DNA from: Lachnospiraceae bacterium
GTDB taxonomy: Bacteria > Bacillota > Clostridia > Lachnospirales > Lachnospiraceae
Assembly (NCBI GenBank): GCA_045123575.1
Contig: JBGVKG010000017.1
Location: 15,520 to 79,519 of the forward strand
Length of the DNA: 64,000 nt
Direction of reading: 5' to 3'
Part shown: positions 30,010-37,192 of the stretch, one piece after another
Position numbering within the stretch: the stretch's first letter is position 1
Layout: the number at the start of each line of letters is the position of its first letter
Program-made: the position numbers and the translations under genes
Notes under the pieces: model-generated
The model's input: only the letters and a program-made list of their open reading frames with translations
What the model was told of the DNA's origin: nothing
The model's database searches: none

Positions 30010-31522
30010 GCTTACCTCCTGTCTGATATAACTCTTTAAGATAATTACGGTCGATTTTTCCATTCTTTGTAAGTGGCATCTCTTCTACCTGCATAAAGAG
30101 ATTTGGAACCATATATTCTGGAACTTTTTTCTTCATATCATCGATAATCTCTTTCTTCTCAGAACATCCTACATAGAACGCCACCACACGATTTTTCCTT
30201 TCATCAAAGAATGTACATGCACGCTCTACACCACTTAAAGCATTCAAAGCTGTATCAATCTCTTCTAATTCAATACGATGGCCCATATGCTTAATCTGGA
30301 AATCTTTTCTTCCCGCAAAATACATCTGTCCATCTTTTCCATAGTACGCTAAATCACCTGTATGATAAATGAGCTCTGGATAATGTGTATTTAACGGATT
30401 CTGCGTGAATACCTTCGCTGTCATCTCTGGATTGTTATAGTATCCAAGCGCTAAAGCAGTTCCCGCTACACATACCTCACCAGGCTTTTCAGCTTCGCGT
30501 ACTTCCTTATTCTCATCATTCAAAAGGAATACCTGCTCATTTGGGAATGCATCACCCATTGGAAGCTTCTCATCTTCTGTAAACTCTCTATCTAATATGT
30601 AGTAAGTACAGTTACAGGTAATCTCTGTAGGTCCATAAAGGTTAACAAACATTGCTTCTGGATAATGTGCGCGCCACTGATTTAACTGCTTAATCGGCAT
30701 CATCTCGCCACTAAACATAATCTTATCAATTGCAGATGGCACTTTATATTTTAAGCCATGTAATCTGTTCAAAAGACACAATGCAGACACCGCCCAAATT
30801 AACGTTGTAACCTTATTGTCCTCAAGCATATCCACAACATTGTTAGGGAAACGGAAATATGCCTTTGGAATAATAATAAGAGTCGCACCTGTTTTTAAAC
30901 ACGAATAAATATCTTTTACCGATACATCGAAATCAAACGGAGCCTGATTACCAATAACATCCTTTTCAGTGATTCCAAAAATCTCCGTAAAAGGCTCAAT
31001 AAAATCAATGACCGAACGGTGACAGATAACAACACCCTTTGGTACTCCAGTCGATCCCGATGTAAAGATACCGTATAACGGATCTGTGTCCTTACTCTGC
31101 TTTCTGATGTCAGCAAGAAGCTTTTCGTCTACCTCATGACCGAGCTCAGATTCCTCAATCACAACACCGTTATAGCCTGTTTCCCCAAGTTTTTCCCTGT
31201 ATTCGCTTTTTGTAATTACAAGTTCTGGCTCTAAAACGCCAAAAATCTGAGCAATTCTTTGATATGGAAATGTTGGATCCACTAAAACATAAAAATCACC
31301 AGCTTCAACAATTCCCATGAAAATCTCTAAGGTATCTACGCTCTTTTCCATAAAAACTGCAACTGGTTTACGTATTCCTTGTCTTTTTGCTATATCTGTA
31401 CCAATCTCTCTTGCACGTTGATGGAGCTCACGATAAGTACACTGTTTCTTTTCATCCTTTGCTGCCAGCTTATCTGGATGTTTTTCCGCTGTCAGTTCAA
31501 GATATTCTAATATATTTTTCAT
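29999..31522 (-). CDS. Stand-alone amino-acid adenylation enzyme (DltA-like, ANL superfamily)
   Basis: 507 aa with cores A3 FTSGSTGVPKG, A4 region PFDFDVSV, A5 NLYGPTE, A7 YHTGDL, A8 GRKDFQIKHMGHRIELEEI and A10 PLTKNGKIDR. No C, T or TE domains. Confidence 0.85.
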   Translation of the reverse strand: MKNILEYLELTAEKHPDKLAAKDEKKQCTYRELHQRAREIGTDIAKRQGIRKPVAVFMEKSVDTLEIFMGIVEAGDFYVLVDPTFPYQRIAQIFGVLEPELVITKSEYREKLGETGYNGVVIEESELGHEVDEKLLADIRKQSKDTDPLYGIFTSGSTGVPKGVVICHRSVIDFIEPFTEIFGITEKDVIGNQAPFDFDVSVKDIYSCLKTGATLIIIPKAYFRFPNNVVDMLEDNKVTTLIWAVSALCLLNRLHGLKYKVPSAIDKIMFSGEMMPIKQLNQWRAHYPEAMFVNLYGPTEITCNCTYYILDREFTEDEKLPMGDAFPNEQVFLLNDENKEVREAEKPGEVCVAGTALALGYYNNPEMTAKVFTQNPLNTHYPELIYHTGDLAYYGKDGQMYFAGRKDFQIKHMGHRIELEEIDTALNALSGVERACTFFDERKNRVVAFYVGCSEKKEIIDDMKKKVPEYMVPNLFMQVEEMPLTKNGKIDRNYLKELYQTGGKHGE

Positions 31523-31584
31523 TATTTTCCCCTTCTATTTGTCCTTCAACAAAATATACTGTTTTTCTACAAAAACCACCGTCT

Positions 31585-31612
31585 ATTCTACCACTTTATT
31601 ATTAATTTGCAA
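31585..31612 (-). promoter_or_regulatory. Putative sigma-A promoter of the dlt-like operon
   Basis: Minus strand TTGCAA (31607-31612), 16-nt spacer ending in TGg, then TAGAAT (31585-31590), about 60 nt upstream of the adenylation-enzyme ATG. Confidence 0.35.
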
Positions 31613-32032
31613 GCTGATATTATAGAAAAAGAAGTCTATTCTAGCTCATCCGCTCAAACAGACTTCTCTTTTACACACTACTTTACCTCGTTAGGTTTGT
31701 TATCATAACTTTACCGCCTTCAGTCAGTTTATATTTTATTACCTGTTTTCCTTTTCCTGATATAGAATATGTACCATTTTCTTCAATTCTAAATACAAGG
31801 AGGTTAATTCTTATTTCTCCAACATTAATTCTTATTTATTGATAAAGTTAAACTCGTCTTACATGTCAACGAACTTGGATTATATGTTGAGTATATAATT
31901 AGCCTAAATGACCATCTAAAAACCTAAATGGCACTATTCACAAAATCATCATTTCACTTCTGCATTTTCATGTCAATTCATTTCCCTCCAATGGTCGTTT
32001 ATTTCGTCGAATGGTCGTTTTTGCTATTTTTA

Positions 32033-32073
32033 ACGTAAAAATAGCTTAGACAGAATTCAATTCCATCTAAGCT
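32033..32073 (-). terminator. Putative terminator of thrC
   Basis: 8-bp stem agcttaga(32043-32050)/tctaagct(32066-32073) with a 15-nt loop, followed on the minus strand by AUUUUU. Confidence 0.35.
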
Positions 32074-32106
32074 ACTTACATTCATACCTTATATATTTGT
32101 TCAGTT

Positions 32107-33591
32107 TTATAATCCCAAGAACTTCTTAACTGCGTCTGTCATCTCATCTACTTCAACTACTGTATCATGAAGTACTGGCGCTGTACGGATTTCTTCGATT
32201 GCGTTTGGAACAGCCACATTACCGATTCTGCTAAGTTCATCTACAAGCTCGAAATCGCCCATAGCATCATACTTAGGGTCGATAGCGTTCATAACGCTTC
32301 TTGTGAACTTGTATGGGCTAGCTGTTGATGCGATAACCGACTTAGTTGTATCGCCTGTAGCCTCCTTATACTTCTTGTACACCTTAGCAGCTACTGCTGT
32401 ATGTGTATCGATAACATATCCTGTATCCTCGTAGATAGCCTTAATGATATCTGCTGTCTCAGCCTCATTTGCATAGTTGCCATAGAAGTCTGCAAGCTCA
32501 GCCTTCATATCATCTGTAATATCATACTTACCAGCTGTGCTAAGAGCTGTCATAAGCTCCTTATTCTTAGCAGCATCACAGCCAGCTACTTTATAGATAA
32601 GTCTCTCAAGATTGCTTGAGATAAGGATATCCATAGAAGGTGATGTTGTAAGGATAAAGTCTCTGTTCTTATCATAGCTTCCTGTCTCAAAGAAGTCATA
32701 GAGAACCTTGTTATCATTTGAAGCACAGATAAGCTTGTCAATAGGAAGCCCCATATTCTTTGCATAATATGCCGCTAAGATATTACCAAAGTTACCTGTA
32801 GGTACTACAACATTTATCTTCTCACCATTCTCTATCTCACCCTCTGCTAAAAGCTTTGCGTATGAATATACATAATAAACTACCTGTGGTACAAGTCTAC
32901 CGATATTGATAGAGTTTGCTGAAGAGAACTGGAATCCAGCAGCGTCAAGCTCCTTCTCCAACTCCTTATTTCCAAATATAGCCTTCACACCGCTCTGAGC
33001 CTGGTCAAAGTTACCCTTGATACCTACTACATGTGTGTTGGCACCCTTCTGAGTAACCATCTGCTTCTCCTGGATAGGGCTAACGCCTCCCTTTGGATAG
33101 AACACTACGATACGAGTATTCTCTACATCTGCAAAGCCTGCAAGAGCTGCCTTACCTGTATCACCTGATGTAGCAGTTAAGATAACTATCTCATTCTTAA
33201 CATTATTCTTCTTAGCTGATGTTGTAAGAAGATGTGGCAATATAGAAAGTGCCATATCCTTAAACGCTATAGTAGCACCGTGGAACAACTCAAGATAATA
33301 TGCTCCATCTGCCTTAACGATAGGTGCTATCTCCTCTGTATCAAACTTTGAATCATACGCCTTCGCTATACAATTCTTAAGCTCCTCCTCTGTGAAATCT
33401 GTAAGGAATTCCTTCATAACAGTATAAGCAACTTCTTGATAGCTCATACCCTTCAATTCCTCTATATCTACTGAAAGCTTTGGTAACGAAACAGGTACGA
33501 ATAATCCTCCATCGCTTGCAAGACCCTTTAATATAGCCTGTGATGCTGTAACTGTTTCATCGCTTCTTGTACTCTTATACATTAATTCCAT
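32107..33591 (-). CDS. thrC: Threonine synthase (long form)
   Basis: 494 aa with YKSTRS near the N-terminus, the PLP-lysine context TIAFKDMAL, and TSGDTGKAA. Confidence 0.9.
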   Translation of the reverse strand: MELMYKSTRSDETVTASQAILKGLASDGGLFVPVSLPKLSVDIEELKGMSYQEVAYTVMKEFLTDFTEEELKNCIAKAYDSKFDTEEIAPIVKADGAYYLELFHGATIAFKDMALSILPHLLTTSAKKNNVKNEIVILTATSGDTGKAALAGFADVENTRIVVFYPKGGVSPIQEKQMVTQKGANTHVVGIKGNFDQAQSGVKAIFGNKELEKELDAAGFQFSSANSINIGRLVPQVVYYVYSYAKLLAEGEIENGEKINVVVPTGNFGNILAAYYAKNMGLPIDKLICASNDNKVLYDFFETGSYDKNRDFILTTSPSMDILISSNLERLIYKVAGCDAAKNKELMTALSTAGKYDITDDMKAELADFYGNYANEAETADIIKAIYEDTGYVIDTHTAVAAKVYKKYKEATGDTTKSVIASTASPYKFTRSVMNAIDPKYDAMGDFELVDELSRIGNVAVPNAIEEIRTAPVLHDTVVEVDEMTDAVKKFLGL

Positions 33592-33632
33592 GATAATATC
33601 CTTTCCGACCTCTTTACACTTTCTTCTGATTT

Positions 33633-33746
33633 ACACTTTTCAGCAAAATCGCTTCGCGCTTTTGGTCACACCTTTCTGACCTTTTCACACTTTTCAACAA
33701 AATCGCTTCGTGCTTTTGGTCACACCTTTCTGACCCTTTCACACTT
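33633..33746. repeat. 54-nt tandem direct repeat (2.1 copies) in the thrC upstream region
   Basis: 33633-33686 and 33687-33740 are identical at 51/54 positions (acacttttcaRcaaaatcgcttcgYgcttttggtcacacctttctgaccYtttc). A third copy starts at 33741. Confidence 0.9.
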
Positions 33747-33825
33747 CATAACTATAACACACCTTTTCACTTCTGACAAGCCCTTTTGTATCACTAAATT
33801 AAATCTTTAACGCAATAAAGAAAAT

Positions 33826-34338
33826 ATAATTCATATTATCAGAAGCTTGGTAAAATATTTGCTAAGCTTCTTTTTATATTGCGTTGGAATATTCCTTCTA
33901 ACCATCAGCTATTTACAGATATTTTTCTGTGCTGTTTTCGAGAACGCATATTTTTCTAAATGCCGTTTTTCAAAGAGCCTATATTTTTGTCTTTTATATG
34001 TCAGACAGCTATGCCAGATGATGATTTGTGTGGATAAACACAGCATTGCAGATTTTCGTTAAGTTTTTATAGTTCGCCCGAGCAAGCACACCGCATAGCT
34101 CGAAGCTGTTTGACGAAGCTCGCCCCATATAATAGGGCGAGCGAGAAGTTCTGCAGAGCTATGCGGCTTGTACTATAAAAGCTTGTGAGGGCGAACGTAT
34201 AAAAATAGAAAATCGAAACAGCTGTGTTTACCACACAAACATCACTGGCTAGATGTCCGCCTTGATAAAAGACAAAAGCTTTTTTGAAAAAAAAGAAGCT
34301 TGAATCAAATACTTCAAGCTTCTTATAATATGAATTAT
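33826..34338. repeat. Long imperfect palindrome, copy 1 (about 513 nt), MITE-like or structured-RNA element
   Basis: Terminal inverted repeats ataattcatattatMagaagcttg at 33826 and, reverse-complemented, at 34338. Nested stems run down to the apical hairpin gctcgccc(34118-34125)/gggcgagc(34135-34142). It shares 24-28-nt near-identical blocks with the element at 49491-50104, in inverted orientation. Confidence 0.8.
34284..34323 (-). terminator. Intrinsic terminator of the SleB-like gene (forms the right terminal hairpin of the palindrome)
   Basis: Stem agaagcttgaa/ttcaagcttct (34294-34323), followed on the minus strand by U8 (plus-strand A-run 34286-34294). Confidence 0.6.
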
Positions 34339-34339
34339 G

Positions 34340-35026
34340 TTATTTGTAAAAGTAGTGGTCCTGGTGCTTGAATAAGAATTCAAGCGCTGTGTTAAACCAG
34401 CTATTAGGTGATGTCTTCATACAGAAGTATATTGCACCCTCTGAGTAATCTTCACCGCGAAGTGCTCTGTTTACACAGTCTATAGTTTCTTCACTAGCTG
34501 TTACTCTCCAGTATCTTCCACCTGGTCTAGTTGGTGAGAACTGGTATGTTTTACCATTGTTTGCAAATACCACATCAGTGATATTGTTAGGGAACTTCCT
34601 TGGATGCTTAACTCTGTTAATAATAACATTAGCAACTAAAATCTTTCCCTTTTCGTCTTGATCACCGGCCTCTGCCTCAACAATAGTACATAATACCTTA
34701 TAATCTTCTTCTGTAAATTCCACAACATACTCTGGCTCTGCCACTATATGTTCTTCATTTTCCTGTTTTGTTGCTGTAGATGGTTCTTCATCTAAAGTTT
34801 CTTCGATCTGAACTTCGTTCTTTGTTACATTCTGTTCAGCGTAGTAAGTCCCGGGCGCACTATCATCTTCACTGTTTGTTTCTTCGATTGTACTCTCTGT
34901 TTCATTAACTGTTACGTTTGTAGTATTGTCTAGAGATGCTGCTACTGCTACGAGCACTAAGGCACTAGTTGTCATTGCAATGGCACCGCTAGGTATTTTG
35001 CTAAATACTGTCTTAATACTGTCCAT
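34340..35026 (-). CDS. Cell-wall hydrolase, SleB/Hydrolase_2 family, membrane-anchored
   Basis: 228 aa with an N-terminal signal anchor, an acidic linker, and a C-terminal LCTIVEAEAGDQDEKGKILVANVIINRV...YQFSP...ALRGEDYSEGAIYF typical of SleB-like domains. Confidence 0.7.
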   Translation of the reverse strand: MDSIKTVFSKIPSGAIAMTTSALVLVAVAASLDNTTNVTVNETESTIEETNSEDDSAPGTYYAEQNVTKNEVQIEETLDEEPSTATKQENEEHIVAEPEYVVEFTEEDYKVLCTIVEAEAGDQDEKGKILVANVIINRVKHPRKFPNNITDVVFANNGKTYQFSPTRPGGRYWRVTASEETIDCVNRALRGEDYSEGAIYFCMKTSPNSWFNTALEFLFKHQDHYFYK

Positions 35027-35324
35027 GATTTATCTCCTTTCAGTCCCGTTGGACCTAAGACGCATTATATTGTACCTGCCAACGACTGTCAACACTACCT
35101 CTTGAATTTTGGGAGTAATTGCCATCCATATTTTACCACAAAAAAGTAGCCACCCTACAAACATGCACAATAACCCCTTTATCACCAATCTAATTTTGTG
35201 CACTTTTACCATAACCGCTTTTTTCTGATAAAGTAGTAGTTATTAACTTTTTTCTTCTAATTTTTATAATTTCGTGTTAAAATGGGTTGTGAGACATATT
35301 TTTTTACTAAAATCGGAGGTCAAA

Positions 35325-36125
35325 ATGTACCCTGGAGTATTTAAAGCTACAAAAAAAGACGGTACTATTTACTATCGTTCTTCATTTACGCACAAAAGCA
35401 AACATATAAGTCTAGGTAGCTATTCTACGGAAAAGGATGCTCACAAGGCTTATGTAGAGGCCTCCAATATTATAACTTCCACCAAGTCTATAAAGATAAC
35501 TGATTATAATAAGAAGAAAAGGGTATTATCTTTCGAGAAATGGGTTGTGCTTATCAATTTCAAGGACAACGGCATGTACTTTAAGAATCCCATCTATCTG
35601 CGCCCCAAATACTTTGAGTATTATCTGGACAACGACCCTTATGCTCCACTTAAGTTTGATGTAGAGGACTTATTCTTCTACTCTACTCATAAGATAATGA
35701 GACGTGGAGGGCATCTTTTCGTAGCCGATTACGGTATGCAGCTAAATATTCAAAACCGTTACGGCATTAAGAACTTTGCAGTACCTGGCAAGGATTACAT
35801 ATTCATAAATGGCGATAATACTGACTATCGTTCACAGAATATAAAGATAATAAATAAGTACAATGGTGTTACTCTCATAGACGATGAGGGCACTCAACCT
35901 TTATATATTGCCAAGATACATATAAATGGTGATTATATTATAGGAAGATACTCAGATGAAATAGACGCTGCCATAGCATATAATAAAGCAGTAGACACAC
36001 TTACATCTAATGGCTTTAATATAGCTTATCAGCATAATTATATAGAAGAATTAAATAGTATCGGCTATACATCCAGATACAACAAAACAAAGATATCAAA
36101 AAAGCTAAGGGATTTACGCCCTTAG
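35325..36125 (+). CDS. Double AP2-domain DNA-binding protein with a degenerate HNH-like core
   Basis: Start set at MYPGVFK (GGAGG 8 nt upstream). AP2-like units YPGVFKATKKDGTIYYRSSF..GSYSTEKDAHKAYVEA and YNGVTLIDDEGTQPLYIAKIHINGDYIIGRYSDEIDAAIAYNKA. The central DYIFINGDNTDYRSQNI resembles an HNH_3 motif but lacks the histidine. Confidence 0.5.
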   Translation: MYPGVFKATKKDGTIYYRSSFTHKSKHISLGSYSTEKDAHKAYVEASNIITSTKSIKITDYNKKKRVLSFEKWVVLINFKDNGMYFKNPIYLRPKYFEYYLDNDPYAPLKFDVEDLFFYSTHKIMRRGGHLFVADYGMQLNIQNRYGIKNFAVPGKDYIFINGDNTDYRSQNIKIINKYNGVTLIDDEGTQPLYIAKIHINGDYIIGRYSDEIDAAIAYNKAVDTLTSNGFNIAYQHNYIEELNSIGYTSRYNKTKISKKLRDLRP

Positions 36126-37133
36126 CTTTTTCATTCCTTTGCCCATATATTTCATACCCGTAGCTATAGCTAATGTCAATGCAAGTATCAAAACATAAAA
36201 CACCGCATTACTGTCAATACTAAACACCTTCTCTTTCTTCAGTATCAATGCTAATTTCTCATATATCAGATATATTTCCAATGAATACATACCTATCCAC
36301 GAGAAAAATTTAGCAAATCCCCCATTGATGCCATAAACCTTTCTGGCTGTTGAGTTCATAAAGCACACCACCAGCACAAAAGACACTGTCCACAGTCCGT
36401 ATAGATACCTGACTATGCAATAGTACTGAAAGTGACTACTATATAGCAGAATATTCGTTACCACAAAGGTTATAAATGCTGCCACAAGCCACCAAGCAGA
36501 TATGGCATCATCATTTTTGGCTCTCTTTCCAAAATATATACCTACTACAAATATAGGAACGCGTGTCAATGCTATCTCCAGTCTGGCATAAAGCTCTGGC
36601 ATCCACAGCATCAGCAGCAGGTTGAATACCACCATAGCAACAACCATTGCCGTTACACCCAATCCTCTGAATCTCTCCACCACCTTGTATAATATAGGAA
36701 ATACTATATACATGGTGAGTATAAATGATAAAAACCAAAAATCTCTGTTGTCACTCTCAAAAAATGCAAGTAAAAATACTTTCTTAAAAAAATCAAATAT
36801 TCCTTCGGTTCCTACATATATATAGTAGGCAGCAGCTATGAGCATAGCCGATGGTATTATCCTCAGTAATCTTTTGGTATAGAAGCTTTTCACATCAGGA
36901 TTTTTTGAAAACGAATAATACAATCCAAACGCAGATACAAACAGGAATATGTCCACTCCTATATTGCCTAAGCTCTGTATGTAATTAAACACATTACACA
37001 AGAATACTGACGAAAAAATATCCTCAAAATGCAGTGAATATGAGTGGAATAGCATAACCGCCACGGTTGCTATTCCTATAAGCACACTCCTCTCCTCACT
37101 GATAGTACACAAATCAAACCTCTTATCTTTCAT
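36114..37133 (-). CDS. Acyltransferase family 3 (integral-membrane O-acyltransferase)
   Basis: 339 aa with about 10 TM segments. The N-terminal region IGIATVAVMLFHS and GNIGVDIFLFVSAFGL is typical of Acyl_transf_3. Confidence 0.7.
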   Translation of the reverse strand: MKDKRFDLCTISEERSVLIGIATVAVMLFHSYSLHFEDIFSSVFLCNVFNYIQSLGNIGVDIFLFVSAFGLYYSFSKNPDVKSFYTKRLLRIIPSAMLIAAAYYIYVGTEGIFDFFKKVFLLAFFESDNRDFWFLSFILTMYIVFPILYKVVERFRGLGVTAMVVAMVVFNLLLMLWMPELYARLEIALTRVPIFVVGIYFGKRAKNDDAISAWWLVAAFITFVVTNILLYSSHFQYYCIVRYLYGLWTVSFVLVVCFMNSTARKVYGINGGFAKFFSWIGMYSLEIYLIYEKLALILKKEKVFSIDSNAVFYVLILALTLAIATGMKYMGKGMKKLRA

Positions 37134-37192
37134 ATCTCTTATCCCCTTGTAAGCTATCCGTATCTTTATTAATTATCTATCCTGTATAAGTT

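Noticed and set aside
31683-31830. Open stretch (minus strand) translating to ...EIRINLLVFRIEENGTYSISGKGKQVIKYKLTEGGKVMITNLTR*.
   Set aside because: There is no in-frame ATG/GTG/TTG with an RBS before an upstream stop. At best it is a gene remnant, and homology could not be verified, so it is not called as a pseudogene feature.
34028-34036. A perfect DnaA box (tgtggataa, the reverse complement of TTATCCACA) inside palindrome copy 1, raising the idea of an origin.
   Set aside because: It is a single box. The mirrored position on the other arm (tttaccaca) and the equivalent positions in copy 2 are degenerate. One 9-mer hit is expected by chance in 64 kb of AT-rich DNA, and there is no dnaA/dnaN context.
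35030-35212. 60-aa minus-strand ORF just upstream of the SleB-like gene.
   Set aside because: No RBS and an odd composition. It probably covers the promoter/leader of the SleB-like gene.
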